Below are positions 28,394 through 39,584 of a stretch of DNA of 64,000 bases, one piece after another. The DNA comes from a virus (taxonomy: Duplodnaviria; Caudoviricetes), in the IMG/VR virus record IMGVR_UViG_2862421350_000002, positions 1-64,000 of that record, one strand, 5' to 3'. The position numbers and the translations under genes were made by a program. A model generated the notes under the pieces. It made no database searches and had not been told where the DNA came from. It was given only the letters and a program-made list of their open reading frames with translations. Each line of letters begins with the position of its first letter. Position 1 is the stretch's first letter.

Positions 28394-28954
28394 ATGACCA
28401 CCGCACGAAAGACCGCCGCACCCAAGCCTCCCGCTGCCGCCGTAGCGCAGGATGCGCACTGGGCCGCGACTCGGGAGCGGCTCCTGGCCCGCGCCCGCCC
28501 CGTCCTGAAGCTGACGATCTGCGACGACGACGGGGCGAAGCAGGCCGTGTACGCCGCCCGGGCCGCCGAGCTGGAGGCCAAGGGGGAGGCGGAGCGCAGC
28601 CCGGAGGACGAAGCCGCCCAGGCCGCCCACCGGGTGGCCGCCGCCGCCCTTGCCGACGCGCAGGCAGCCCTCGACGCCGTGTCGATCCCGCTCCGCTTCC
28701 AGGCACTGGACCGCAAGACGTACAAGGAGCTTCTCGCCGCGCACCGGCCGACGGAGGAGCAGGCCGAGGACGGCTACGACTTCAACCTCGACACCCTCGG
28801 TCCCGTGCTCATCGCCGCCGCCTCCCTCGACGGGATCACCGAGGAGGACGCGCAGACGTTCCTCGATGACTGGTCGAAGGCGGAAGCCGAATCGCTCCTG
28901 AACACGGCCTTCGGGGTGCAGCGCGAAGAGCGCATGGACCTGGGAAAAGGCTGA
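28394..28954 (+). CDS. Tail assembly chaperone (gpG)
   Basis: Between major tail and tape measure genes; ends LGKG over slippery GGGAAAA. Confidence 0.85.
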   Translation: MTTARKTAAPKPPAAAVAQDAHWAATRERLLARARPVLKLTICDDDGAKQAVYAARAAELEAKGEAERSPEDEAAQAAHRVAAAALADAQAALDAVSIPLRFQALDRKTYKELLAAHRPTEEQAEDGYDFNLDTLGPVLIAAASLDGITEEDAQTFLDDWSKAEAESLLNTAFGVQREERMDLGKG

Positions 28955-29346
28955 TCGCCGATGAAGCCTTTCGTGTCGAACTGGCCCTCTGCGACCGGTG
29001 GGGTATCCCGCACTCCCAGTTCCGGGGTGCAGGCGACGGCACGTGGACGGCACGCGACCGGGAGAAGGCACTGGCCTACCAGGAGTACCTCTCCACGGTG
29101 TGCCCGCAGTGCCGGACCCGGCACGACGACTGGGACCACGGCGGCCCCGACGAAGAGGACGCCTGGGCGGCCACCGTGCAGCTGTGCATCGGCTGCCAGG
29201 TCATCGCCGACAAGCAGGCCGAACTGTCCCGCGACAAGGGCGACGACACCCACGGACTCAAGGTCGCACTGATCCCCGCAGCGACCGCCGCGGCGATCGA
29301 AGCCGAACGAGAGCAGAAAGCACACCGCCGCCGGCACGGCGGCTGA
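28948..29346 (+). CDS. Tail chaperone -1 frameshift extension (gpT)
   Basis: Open -1 frame RLIADEAFRVEL..CPQC..CIGC after G GGA AAA at 28942-28948. Confidence 0.8.
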   Translation, partial: RLIADEAFRVELALCDRWGIPHSQFRGAGDGTWTARDREKALAYQEYLSTVCPQCRTRHDDWDHGGPDEEDAWAATVQLCIGCQVIADKQAELSRDKGDDTHGLKVALIPAATAAAIEAEREQKAHRRRHGG

Positions 29347-29372
29347 CAACGAAGACGAGAGGAGGGCGGCCG

Positions 29373-32300
29373 GTGGCCCACTGGAATCTCGACGTGTCCT
29401 TGCGCGGGCAGGGCAACAACCTTTCCCGCAAGCTCAAGACGGCGGCCGCCGACGCCCGCGACCTGGCCGACGCCGCCCGCGACGCCCAGAGCGAGGTCAC
29501 CCAGCTCGGCACCGTATCAACCGCCACCGGGAAGGCCGTCAAGAAGCTCGGCACCGCCTCCGAAGCGGCAACCGCCCGGCTCCTCGCGATGGGAGCCCAG
29601 GCCAAGTCCGCTGCAAAGGACATGCGGAAGCTGGAACGGGACCTGGCGTCCGCGGACGCCCAGATCCGGGCCATGGCCAACGAGGTCAGCATCCGTGCTG
29701 AGCTCGACGACCAGACCGCTACCGGCACCGCGTCAGTACGGGCATCACTCGCCACCCTGGCAGGGCTCAGCCCCATCGGCCTGCGGGCCACCCTCGACGA
29801 CGACACCGGGCTCGGGATTGCGGCCGTCACTGCTGCCCTCGCCAACCTGCGCGCCCAGAGCCCCGTCGACATCACCGCGACCTTCACCGGCGACAGCAGT
29901 CAGATGGTGACCGCCGCCACCGCCATCGGCGACCTGCGCGACCGGGCCGACAGCGCGGACACAGCCCTGGCCGCACTTGCCGCACAGTCCGCCACCACCG
30001 CGGCCGCCCTGAACACCGTCCAGCAGGAAGCCCGCGACGCCTCCCGCGCCCTCCGCACGCTGCGCGCCCGTGCCGCCGCCGCTGCCGAGGCGCTCGAGGA
30101 GCTCGGCAGCCGGGCCATCCTCGCCGCGACCGGGCTGCGCAGTCTCGGCGACGGGGCGAACACCGCCAACGGCAACCTGACCGCCCTGTCCGGGAACACC
30201 CGGACCCTGCGCGGCGACATGGACGACCTCGACGGCACCCTCACACGCGTCACCGGGCGCCTTGGAGGGCTGAGCGGGTCCCTCGGCACGGTCAGCACCA
30301 CCAGCAGTGGCACGACCGGCAACATGCGGAACCTCATGGTCGCCGCGGTCGCCCTCGGTACCGCCCTCATCCCCATTGCCGCAGCCACCGCCCCGATCGC
30401 CGCCGGGCTCGCCGCATCCGGGGCCGCGATCGGAGCGTTCGGCCTAGCGGTAGGCGGTCAGATCGCCGCGCTCGCCGAAGCGTCCGAGGCCGAGACGAAA
30501 TACCAGGACGCGGTCGACGAGCACGGCAAGTCCTCCGAAGAGGCCGCCAAGGCCGAGGCGGAGTACCTGCGGACCCTGGCCGACATGCCCCCCGCCGCCC
30601 GGGAATCCGCCGCCGCCCTGGCCGTCCTCAAGGACGAGTACAAAGACTGGTCGAACGCTCTGGCCGGCGACACCATGCCCGTCGTCACCAAATCCATGGG
30701 CCTCTTCCGTGCGCTCCTCCCGCACACCACCGGCCTCGTCAAGGGCACCTCCCGGGAGCTCGACCGGCTCCTCAACGTCGCCGCCGGCGGCATGACCACC
30801 CCCGGCTTCGACCGGTTCATCAAATCCTTCACGGCCTTCGCCACCGGGGCCCTGGCCCGCGGCACCACCCACCTGACGGGCTTCATCCAGGCCCTCAACA
30901 CCGGCGAGATTGGTGCCGACCTCCGTGAGTTCATGGCCTACGCCCGCGAGCACGGGCCCCTTGTCGGTGAAACGCTGATGAACCTCGCGAAGGCCGTCAT
31001 GACCCTGCTGGTCGCAGCCTCCGACATGGGCGTCAGCGTCCTTACCGCCGTCAACGCCCTCGCCCAGCTCGTCAACGCCATCCCCCCCGAGGCCCTGTCC
31101 ACGTTCATCCAGCTGTACGCGGTCATGAAACTCGTGACGCTCGGCATGGCCGCCATGGGCGCCGTCGCAGGCGGGGCCGCGCTCGCCAACGTCACCGCGT
31201 TCGGCCGCGCCATGATGTTCGGTGGGGTCCGCCCGGCGATCGGCGGCGTCATCCAGGGCATGTCGGGGCTCCAGAAGGCTGCCGTTGCCCTCGGTGTTCT
31301 CGGCGTCGTGGCGATCGGCCTCGACATGCTGACCGACAAGGTCCGCGACGCGCCGCCGGATGTCGACAAGATGACGAGCAGCCTGGCCCGCTTCGCCGAT
31401 TCAGGCCGCGTGGCCGGCGAGATGTCCCGCGTTTTCGGCAAGGACCTGTCCGGCCTGGTCGACACCCTCAGCGTGATGGGTTCGAAAGGTAAGGGTGCCG
31501 ACTTCTTCGCGGCCTTCGAGAAGAGCCCGGTCAACCTGAAGGAGTCGAAGAAGGAGTTCGAGGCGTTCGACAAGAGCCTCGCTTCCCTCGTCACCGGCGG
31601 CAAGGCCGACCTTGCGGCGGCCGGGCTGGCCCGCGTCAAGGCGATGATGGAGGCGGCGGGGAAGCCGACGGCCGGAATGAAGGATCGGCTCACCGAGTAC
31701 AAGGAGGCGCTGGCTGCCGCAGCGTTCGAGCAGCAACTTGCCGCCGACGGCATGGGCCTGTTCGGCCAGCAGGCGCAGGCGGTGCAGACGAAGCTGGACG
31801 CGCAAAAGGCAAGCACCGACGGTCTACGCCAGTCGATCGTCGCTTTGAACGAGACGAACCGGGCCGCGCTCGGCGGGATGATCGGATTCGAGGCCAGCAT
31901 CGACGCCGCCGCGAAAGCGGCGAAGGAGAACGCCGGGGCCCTCAAGATGGTCAACGGCGAGCTCGACCTGAACTCCCCGAAGGCCCAGGCCGCAGCGACT
32001 GCTCTCCAGGACCTTGGGGCGAAGACCGACGAAGCAGCAACCGCCGCCCTCGACTCCGGAAAGTCGTGGGAGTACGCGAACGGGATCTACGAACGCGGCG
32101 AGCAGGCCATCATCAAGTCCGGCCAGGCGATGGGCCTCACCAAGGCCCAGGCCCAGGCCCTCGCCGCCACCGTGCTGACCATCCCGGAGAAGAAGGTCAG
32201 CACGATCGAGATGCGGCGCGAGGACGCCATCGCCGGTCTCGACGCCGTCATCGCGAAGATCAAGGCCACCCCCGGCAACAAATCCGTCACCGTGAAGGCC

Positions 32301-33932
32301 CTCACCGCTGACGCCCGCGCACTGCTCGACGAACTCGGCTACAAGACGAAGACACTGCCCGACGGCAGCGTCCAGGTCACCGCCCGCACCGGTAGCGCCC
32401 TGTCCGGTCTGCAGCAGGTCAAGTACGCCCGCGACAGCCTCTCCGACAAGACGATCACCATCACCACGAACTACCGCGTCACCGGCTCCACCGCCCGGCG
32501 TGAGGGCGCGCACGGATCCCAGCTCCGGGAAGCCGACGGCGGGATCGTCGACTACTACGCCGACGGCGGTATCCGCGGCCGCGCCACCCGGCACTTCGCC
32601 GACGGGTCCGAGAACCACGTCGCCCAGATTGCCCCTGCCGGCGCAATGCGGGTGTGGGCCGAGCCGGAGACCGGCGGGGAAGGGTACGTCCCGTTCTCTC
32701 CGTCGAAGCGCCCCCGGTCCCGGGCCATCACCGAGGAGATCGTGCGCCGCCTCGGAGGCGACCCCGCAGCGATCCAGTGGAACGCGGACGGGAACGTCAC
32801 CGACTGGCGGTACGACCCCGCCAGCGGGTCCCTGTACTCGCCCACGGACGCAGGGCAGGCCGGGCACAAGACGAAGAAGGTGAAGGTCAAGGGCAAGAAC
32901 GGCAAGACCACCACCAAAGACGTCGAATACTTCTCCCTGGCCGCAGTTGAGAAGCAGCTCAAGGCCAACTCGAAGGCCACCCGGGTCTGGAACAAGGACC
33001 TCGAGAAGGTCGCCGACCGGGTTGGTGGTGACGTCGCAGACGCCCTGGCCGCTATGGGCAAGGACGGTGTGGCCCTCGCGAAGAAGATGGCGAACGGGTC
33101 GACGAAGTACATCAACGAGATGGCGGCCGCCCTCCGTGGCCTGTCCGCGACGGCCAAGGCCAGCCTCACGGACTACACCCGGCAGCTCGACAAGGCCACC
33201 GGCGCCGACTCCGCGTTCACTCGCAATCTCGCCACCCTCGCGGCCCGCGGGTACGGGGACCTCGCCAAGCAGCTCGCCGCCCAGGGCGACACCGCAGCCC
33301 AGCAGCTTGCCGCCTCCGCCGTTGCCGACACCAAGAAGGCCGGCAAGGCGAACACCGCGGCGAAGAAGGCCAACACCGCCCTCACCGGCGACGAGGTCGA
33401 CCAGCTCATCGCGATCATCGCCGCGATCAAGACCAGCAAGACGGGCATCCACACCGTCTCCGATGCCACCGGGCTCGGCGAGGACGCCATCATCGCCACC
33501 GCCACGAAGGCCCAGGCCCAGATCAAGTCGTCCCTCGGCGCCCGCGCGGCAAAGTTCATCGCCGACCTGGCCCGCGCCAACAAGGGGCTCAGCTACGAGA
33601 ACGGCGGGATCCGGGAGGGCATCTACTCCACCCGCGGCGGCGCGGTGACCTTCGCTGAACCGTCCACCGGCGGCGAGGCGTACATCCCCCTCGGAGCCGC
33701 GAAGCGCGGCCCGGCCACGAACGTCCTCCGAGACGTGGCCTCCCGCTTCGGAGTCGGCCTCACCGACGCCACCAGCAGCCGCCCCATGGTCATCGTCCGC
33801 GAGGGCGGCGACACCAACGTCACCGTCCACACCGTCCGCACCGGGGCATCCGCCTCGGACATCGGCGCCCAGGTCGGGCGCAGCGTCCGCAGGGCGCGCA
33901 GGGGAGGGGTGAGCGCCCGTGCCGCCGCTTGA
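29373..33932 (+). CDS. Tape measure protein
   Basis: 1519 aa, Ala-rich helical; two AEPxTGGExYxP motifs; GAGGAGG RBS. Confidence 0.92.
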   Translation: MAHWNLDVSLRGQGNNLSRKLKTAAADARDLADAARDAQSEVTQLGTVSTATGKAVKKLGTASEAATARLLAMGAQAKSAAKDMRKLERDLASADAQIRAMANEVSIRAELDDQTATGTASVRASLATLAGLSPIGLRATLDDDTGLGIAAVTAALANLRAQSPVDITATFTGDSSQMVTAATAIGDLRDRADSADTALAALAAQSATTAAALNTVQQEARDASRALRTLRARAAAAAEALEELGSRAILAATGLRSLGDGANTANGNLTALSGNTRTLRGDMDDLDGTLTRVTGRLGGLSGSLGTVSTTSSGTTGNMRNLMVAAVALGTALIPIAAATAPIAAGLAASGAAIGAFGLAVGGQIAALAEASEAETKYQDAVDEHGKSSEEAAKAEAEYLRTLADMPPAARESAAALAVLKDEYKDWSNALAGDTMPVVTKSMGLFRALLPHTTGLVKGTSRELDRLLNVAAGGMTTPGFDRFIKSFTAFATGALARGTTHLTGFIQALNTGEIGADLREFMAYAREHGPLVGETLMNLAKAVMTLLVAASDMGVSVLTAVNALAQLVNAIPPEALSTFIQLYAVMKLVTLGMAAMGAVAGGAALANVTAFGRAMMFGGVRPAIGGVIQGMSGLQKAAVALGVLGVVAIGLDMLTDKVRDAPPDVDKMTSSLARFADSGRVAGEMSRVFGKDLSGLVDTLSVMGSKGKGADFFAAFEKSPVNLKESKKEFEAFDKSLASLVTGGKADLAAAGLARVKAMMEAAGKPTAGMKDRLTEYKEALAAAAFEQQLAADGMGLFGQQAQAVQTKLDAQKASTDGLRQSIVALNETNRAALGGMIGFEASIDAAAKAAKENAGALKMVNGELDLNSPKAQAAATALQDLGAKTDEAATAALDSGKSWEYANGIYERGEQAIIKSGQAMGLTKAQAQALAATVLTIPEKKVSTIEMRREDAIAGLDAVIAKIKATPGNKSVTVKALTADARALLDELGYKTKTLPDGSVQVTARTGSALSGLQQVKYARDSLSDKTITITTNYRVTGSTARREGAHGSQLREADGGIVDYYADGGIRGRATRHFADGSENHVAQIAPAGAMRVWAEPETGGEGYVPFSPSKRPRSRAITEEIVRRLGGDPAAIQWNADGNVTDWRYDPASGSLYSPTDAGQAGHKTKKVKVKGKNGKTTTKDVEYFSLAAVEKQLKANSKATRVWNKDLEKVADRVGGDVADALAAMGKDGVALAKKMANGSTKYINEMAAALRGLSATAKASLTDYTRQLDKATGADSAFTRNLATLAARGYGDLAKQLAAQGDTAAQQLAASAVADTKKAGKANTAAKKANTALTGDEVDQLIAIIAAIKTSKTGIHTVSDATGLGEDAIIATATKAQAQIKSSLGARAAKFIADLARANKGLSYENGGIREGIYSTRGGAVTFAEPSTGGEAYIPLGAAKRGPATNVLRDVASRFGVGLTDATSSRPMVIVREGGDTNVTVHTVRTGASASDIGAQVGRSVRRARRGGVSARAAA

Positions 33933-34821
33933 GCTGACGGACTGGCAGTACGACCTGGGCGGATTCCTCATGGGCGCCGGAACCTCTATCCAGGTCCTGG
34001 AGACTACCGGCCTCGGCCGGCCCCCGGTCCGGGACAACGACGTTGACCAGCCGTCCATGGACGGAGTGTTCGCCGGTCCGGACTACTACGGGGCCCGGCA
34101 GGTGCAGATCGACGCCGCGATCCGTATCCCCGGCGACCCTGCCGCCTGCCACGACGTCGTAGCCGCCCTCCAGGCCGACGCCGACGACCCCGCGGTCCGG
34201 CTGGCCGGCGGGGTAACGATGCCGCTGCGGATCCTGCGCCCCGGCCGTTCAGTGAAGCGCCTGGACGGCCGGCTGCGCCGAGTCGACCCCGAGTACCGGC
34301 AGGTCATCCACGGCTACGTGCCCCTGGACATCGAGTTCATCGCCACCGACCCCGGCTTCTACGCCGACGAGGAGACCACCACCGAGATCCCCCTCGGCTG
34401 GCTCACCGGCGGCGGGTTCGCGGCCCCGATCGTCGCCCCGATCTTCGTCCAGTCAGGCACCACCGCCGCCGACCGTCCCGGGTGGGCCATCAACGCGGGG
34501 ACCGGGCACGCCTGGCCCGTCATCCGCATCACCGGGCCCGTCGCCAACGTGTCCGTCATCCACTCCACGTCCGGCCGCCGCCTCGACCTCCCCACCCTCA
34601 ACCTGACCGCGGGCCAGTGGGTGGAGATCGACACCCGACCCGGCTACCGAACCGTCACCCGGGAGAACGGCGGCAACGCCTCCACGCTGCTCACCCCCAC
34701 CTCCCGCATCGACCTCTTCAGCCTGCCCCCGGGCCAGTCCGAGTTCCGGTGGACCGGCTTCGACGCCACCAACACGTCCCGTCTCCGCCTGACCTGGCGC
34801 GACGCCTACACCGCCCTCTGA
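33919..34821 (+). CDS. Distal tail protein (Dit-like)
   Basis: Follows tape measure gene; ATDP.FY, WPVIRITGP, LTWRDAY. Confidence 0.8.
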   Translation: MPPLELTDWQYDLGGFLMGAGTSIQVLETTGLGRPPVRDNDVDQPSMDGVFAGPDYYGARQVQIDAAIRIPGDPAACHDVVAALQADADDPAVRLAGGVTMPLRILRPGRSVKRLDGRLRRVDPEYRQVIHGYVPLDIEFIATDPGFYADEETTTEIPLGWLTGGGFAAPIVAPIFVQSGTTAADRPGWAINAGTGHAWPVIRITGPVANVSVIHSTSGRRLDLPTLNLTAGQWVEIDTRPGYRTVTRENGGNASTLLTPTSRIDLFSLPPGQSEFRWTGFDATNTSRLRLTWRDAYTAL

Positions 34822-34831
34822 GGAGCACACC

Positions 34832-35773
34832 ATGCCGCTGTACCCAGTGCCGATCCTCACCGACGGCGCCACCCACTCCGCAGAGCAGTTCCGCGCCATG
34901 GTCCAGGACCTCGCCCGCGGCGCCGAGGGCATCACCCAGGGCACCGACCTCAAGGTCACCCAACTCGGCACCCCCGGCGGCAGCGTCCAGGTCGCCAGCG
35001 GGTCCGGTGTCGTCCGCGGCCGGGTCAACGCTTTCCAGGGCAGCTACGCCGTACGCAACCAGGGCACCGACACCGTGACCGTCGCCTCCACCGGCGGATC
35101 GCCGCGCTCCGACATGCTGATCCTCCGGGTGGAGGACCCTCAGTACGAAGGCACCCTCAACCCCGAAGTCGACAACATCAACTACTTCCAGATCATCTCG
35201 AACGTGTCCTCCAGCGCCACGACGATCCCCGACGGGCGCACCGGTATCCCCTTGGCCCGGATCGACATCCCTGCGTCCACGTCCACGATCACCGACGCCA
35301 TGATCAAGGATCTGCGGACGATCGCGAACCCTCGCCGTGACCGGCAGATGTTCCCGCACTCTCCGTCCTCGGCCTCTACCGAGATCACTGGCAGTGCCAG
35401 CAGCTGGGGGTACTTCACCACCGAGGCCGGCTGGAGCCTGGCCGTCCCGACATGGGCCAGCAAGGCCCTGGTCCGCATCGACATGTACAGCGTCCGCGTC
35501 TCCACCGCGAACTTCTACGGTGCGGTCCGCGCCGTCTTCGGGTCCTCCCTCCTCGTCGTCCAGGCGGTGTCCGTGGACGACAACCAGGGAACCGCGATCC
35601 GCCGCATCAACGTAGGCATCGCCGACACCATCACCATTCCCGACGCCTACCGGGGCACCACCCAGCTCCTGCGCCCCCAGGCCGCCGGGTACTCCGGCAA
35701 TACCGGCCGGATCAGCGTCGACGGGTCCTCGACCTTCGTGTACGAGGTCGAGTTCTACGAGGGGCCCCGATGA
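34832..35773 (+). CDS. Minor tail protein
   Basis: PRSDMLILRVEDPQY..IPLARI..ITDAMIKDLR. Confidence 0.75.
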   Translation: MPLYPVPILTDGATHSAEQFRAMVQDLARGAEGITQGTDLKVTQLGTPGGSVQVASGSGVVRGRVNAFQGSYAVRNQGTDTVTVASTGGSPRSDMLILRVEDPQYEGTLNPEVDNINYFQIISNVSSSATTIPDGRTGIPLARIDIPASTSTITDAMIKDLRTIANPRRDRQMFPHSPSSASTEITGSASSWGYFTTEAGWSLAVPTWASKALVRIDMYSVRVSTANFYGAVRAVFGSSLLVVQAVSVDDNQGTAIRRINVGIADTITIPDAYRGTTQLLRPQAAGYSGNTGRISVDGSSTFVYEVEFYEGPR

Positions 35774-36876
35774 CCACAACCCCGGGCCGGGTCCTCACGC
35801 AGCACGCGCTGACGGGGGAGTGGCTGTCCACGGCCCTGCCGCTGAGCGATCTGGAGTACGGGCCCGAACTCAACGGGCCCGGCTCCCTCTCCGGGACCCT
35901 GTCGCCCCGTCTGCTGTCTCAGCACCCCACCCTCATCGACCCCGGCACCACCCTCATCTACGTCGAGGAGGACGGGGAACTCCGGTGGGGCGGCCTGGTG
36001 TGGCACCTGGAGATGCAGGGCGACCGCCTCTCCCTGGAGGCCGCCTCGTGGTCGTCGTACCTGCAGAAGCGCCGGGATCTCGACGGAAACTATGGGGGCC
36101 GCGGGCCGTACGTGTACGCCGACCCGTGCACCGTGATCCGGGACATCTGGGCGTACGCGCAGTCCATCCCCGACGGTGATCTCGGAGTCACCGTTGACTC
36201 GACCACGTCGACGGCGAAGGTCGGCACCCCCGCCGAGCCGCTCGCCTCACCTTTCTGGGAGAAACCGGTCCTTGGGGAGGCCGCCGACAACCTCGTCTCC
36301 GGTGAGGCCACCCCCGACTACACCTGCTCTGTGGCCTGGAACCCGGCCAAGACCGCACCCGTCCGCCGCGTGCGCCTCGGCTGGCCGCGCCTTGGGGCCC
36401 GCCGCACCGACATCACCTTCAGCTCCGGCGTGAACATCATCGAGGACCCCCCGGTCACGATGGCCGCCGACGACTACGCCCAGGTCGTCATCGCCACCGG
36501 CGAAGGCGACGGCTCCGCGAAACCCTCCGAGATCTCCGCCGTGCGCAACGGTCGGCTCCGCCTGGAGCACCTCATCGACATCCCCGACGTCAAAGGGCGC
36601 GACATCCTCGCCTCCCGCGCCGCTGCTGAACGGACCCGCCGGCAGAACCTCGGCTCCGTCGACCAGATCACCATCCGCAACACCCCCGCCGCCCCGTTCG
36701 GCTCCTGGCAGGTCGGCGACGACGTGTACACCCGCGTCAACAACGCCTGGACCAGCTACGTCGGCTGGCGGCGCATCACCGGCTGGCGGACCCAGCCCCA
36801 CGCCAACGGCGGGCCCCGCGCCGTCATCGACCTCCAACCCGCCGACTCCTACCAGTACGGAGGCGTCACCTCATGA
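35770..36876 (+). CDS. Minor tail/baseplate hub protein
   Basis: LNGPGSLSG, WGG motifs; position. Confidence 0.75.
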   Translation: MTTTPGRVLTQHALTGEWLSTALPLSDLEYGPELNGPGSLSGTLSPRLLSQHPTLIDPGTTLIYVEEDGELRWGGLVWHLEMQGDRLSLEAASWSSYLQKRRDLDGNYGGRGPYVYADPCTVIRDIWAYAQSIPDGDLGVTVDSTTSTAKVGTPAEPLASPFWEKPVLGEAADNLVSGEATPDYTCSVAWNPAKTAPVRRVRLGWPRLGARRTDITFSSGVNIIEDPPVTMAADDYAQVVIATGEGDGSAKPSEISAVRNGRLRLEHLIDIPDVKGRDILASRAAAERTRRQNLGSVDQITIRNTPAAPFGSWQVGDDVYTRVNNAWTSYVGWRRITGWRTQPHANGGPRAVIDLQPADSYQYGGVTS

Positions 36877-39443
36877 CCGTCGACATCGGGCGTATCCTCG
36901 CCGACATCGGACGCCGCCTGGCAAAGGTCGAGGCACAGTCCCGCCTCAAGTCCGCCTCGATAGACGACGCCGCACTCCTGGTCCGCGACGGCACCGGTTC
37001 CCTGCGCGGCATCGTCGGACAGCAGGGCGACGGCACCACCGCAGTCACCATCGTCAACGGCCCGCCCCCGCCACAACCGTCAGCACCGATCGTCACCTCC
37101 GTCCTCGGAGGGGTCGCCGCCTCATGGGACGGCCAGTTCACCGACGGCCAGGTACTGCCCCTGGACTGGTCCCGCGTGGAAGTCCACGCCTCGACGGACC
37201 CCGGATTCGTCCCGTTCGCTGGCACGCTGCACTCAACGATCGAAACCGCCCAGGGCGCCACGGTCATCGTCGCGACCGACGACCCGGTGTACGTACGGCT
37301 CCTCGCCCGCAGCACATCCGGCACCGCCTCCCCGCCCTCCACCCCAACCGGACCGCACGGGCCGACACCCGTGGTCGCCACCGAACTCCTCGACGGCATC
37401 GTCACCACCGTCAAGCTCGCCGACGACGCGGTCACCGCCGCCAAGGTCGCCGCCGCCGCCGTCACCCCCGACGCGCTCGCCCCGGTCCTCGCCGACACCG
37501 TGTCCCAGCGGTGGGTCGACACGATGGACGACCCCGCAGCGTGGACCCTCGTCGCCCAGGAAACCGGAGCCACCTGGTCACACCAAACCGTCACCGACGC
37601 CTCAGTCGGCGGCGGCAGTGTCGGGCAGGCCGCCGGATACGTTGGGGTACGCGGCACCACCCTCATCCCGCACGACCCCTCCACCATGTACCGCATCTCC
37701 GTGCGCATCCGGGCCAGCCCCGAGCCGGCCGCCGGCCCCGACACCTGCTACCTCGGCCTCATTGGATTTGCCGCAGACAGGACCACCATGGTCAACCGGG
37801 CCGGTGCGGACAGCGTCGACTCCCAGTACTACCCCGTAGCCAGGCTCCAGGCGGTGGCCGCCGCCGACGGGTGGACCGTGTACACCGGATTCATCCAAGG
37901 TCGCGGCGCCCCGGCCACCAGCGTCGGCGGCGGCCCGGCCCCGGACCCCTTGGCACCCGAACCGCTCCACAGCCAGGTCCGGTTCATCACCCCGTACCTG
38001 CTGCTCAACTACACGCGCCGCGACAACGCAGGCATCATGCAGGTCGACACAGTGTCAGTCGAGGCCCTGCGTACTGGTGTGGTGACCGCCGCGTACCTGG
38101 CGGCGGGAAGCGTCTCCACGTCGAAGCTCGTCGCCGGCGCCGTGCAGACCGCGCAGCTTGACGCGGAGGCTGTCAACGCCTCGAAGATCGCCGCCGGGGC
38201 CGTCACCACAGCGAAGCTCGACGCGCTGGCCGTGACTGCTGACAAGATCGCGGCGAACACCATCACCACAGCGAAGCTCGCCGCCGGGTCCGTAGACGCC
38301 ACTGCTCTGAAAGCCGACGCGATCACCGGCAAGACCATCACTGGTGGCGTCATCAACGGCGCCGAATTCCACTCCGATGATGGTGCGGGCGGCCTCGTCG
38401 ACATCGAGAGTGGAACCGTCCTGACGACAGCCTCCACTGGTTGGCGGATCGCCATCGACCCCAGTAAGCCTCAGCCCGCCGTCGTCTGGCTCAACGACAC
38501 CGGGGTCATCGCCGGAGAGATCAACGGCATGGGTGACTCCACCCGCCCCGGCCTCGTCCTGTCCTCCGGGCCCTTCACCGACGGAGCTGTCACCGACTGG
38601 CGGTGGGCCACCCGCTCCGGAGCCGACGGAGCCATCAACGGGTGGCGCACCGGGCGTTTCCGCGAATCCGACCAGAACACCATCCTCGGCGGCTATATCA
38701 ACCTCGCCCCCGACAAGGCCACCCTGGCCTGGATCGACACCGCCAACTCCGCCACGAACACCATTCTCCAGATCAGCCAAGGCCTCTTTGTGTTCGACGA
38801 AGGCCGCTTCGTCATCGAGCCACCCGTCTCATCGGCGCCAGCCTTCCACCTAGCTGCGCAGACCGGCCATACCGGACACCTCATCAGAGCCCAGGTCAAC
38901 CTCGTCAACCAGTTCGTCGTCACCGCAGGCGGGGCAGTCACCGCCACCGGATCCGTCACCGGGGCCAGCTTCACCACGGCGGGATCAGTCAACGCAGCCA
39001 CCGTCACCACCACCAGTAATGCCACAGTTGGTGGCACTCTCGGCATAGCCAACGCCACCGTCTCCGGGCAGATCACCAAGGACGCCACCTGGTCCACCCT
39101 CAGCACCGGAACCGGTTGGGCCGGATACGGCGGCGCCTACGGCATCGGACGCTACCGGCGTATGCCTGACGGCAGCGTCGTCATCCGCGACCTCATCAAC
39201 CGCACCGCCTCCACCACCATCCCCAGCGGCGAGATCGTTGCAACCCTCCCCGTCGGCTACCGCCCCGTCACCCAGGTCCAGCAGAACATTTTCGTCGGCG
39301 GCTCCTCCGGCGGCTCCCTCTCCATCAACATCAACACGAACGGCACTATCACCCTCACCAACATCACCCCCGGGGCCGTCACCTACCTCTCCACCGGCAG
39401 CGGCTACATCAGCCTGAACGGCTACCAGTTCTTCACCGACTGA
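36873..39443 (+). CDS. Tail fibre/host-specificity protein
   Basis: FN3-like N-terminus, AVTAAK repeats, TLPVGYRP tip domain. Confidence 0.8.
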   Translation: MTVDIGRILADIGRRLAKVEAQSRLKSASIDDAALLVRDGTGSLRGIVGQQGDGTTAVTIVNGPPPPQPSAPIVTSVLGGVAASWDGQFTDGQVLPLDWSRVEVHASTDPGFVPFAGTLHSTIETAQGATVIVATDDPVYVRLLARSTSGTASPPSTPTGPHGPTPVVATELLDGIVTTVKLADDAVTAAKVAAAAVTPDALAPVLADTVSQRWVDTMDDPAAWTLVAQETGATWSHQTVTDASVGGGSVGQAAGYVGVRGTTLIPHDPSTMYRISVRIRASPEPAAGPDTCYLGLIGFAADRTTMVNRAGADSVDSQYYPVARLQAVAAADGWTVYTGFIQGRGAPATSVGGGPAPDPLAPEPLHSQVRFITPYLLLNYTRRDNAGIMQVDTVSVEALRTGVVTAAYLAAGSVSTSKLVAGAVQTAQLDAEAVNASKIAAGAVTTAKLDALAVTADKIAANTITTAKLAAGSVDATALKADAITGKTITGGVINGAEFHSDDGAGGLVDIESGTVLTTASTGWRIAIDPSKPQPAVVWLNDTGVIAGEINGMGDSTRPGLVLSSGPFTDGAVTDWRWATRSGADGAINGWRTGRFRESDQNTILGGYINLAPDKATLAWIDTANSATNTILQISQGLFVFDEGRFVIEPPVSSAPAFHLAAQTGHTGHLIRAQVNLVNQFVVTAGGAVTATGSVTGASFTTAGSVNAATVTTTSNATVGGTLGIANATVSGQITKDATWSTLSTGTGWAGYGGAYGIGRYRRMPDGSVVIRDLINRTASTTIPSGEIVATLPVGYRPVTQVQQNIFVGGSSGGSLSININTNGTITLTNITPGAVTYLSTGSGYISLNGYQFFTD

Positions 39444-39584
39444 CCGCCGACCAGGGGGAGTGCCCGGCCCGCACACCCGTACGCTGATCCGTAGGGCGAC
39501 CCTCCGCCCGCGCTTCACACCCGAGGGACTGCCACCCGGCCCCGGCCGGCGCAGCACGCCAATCAGTCAGCTCGGGCGCGGGGA

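Noticed and set aside
28998-29372. N-terminal extension of the tape measure ORF
   Set aside because: It overlaps the gpT frame; a strong RBS supports GTG at 29373
36873-39443. DGR or shufflon acting on the tail fibre
   Set aside because: No reverse transcriptase, template repeat or alternative tip cassettes seen; internal repeats are protein-level
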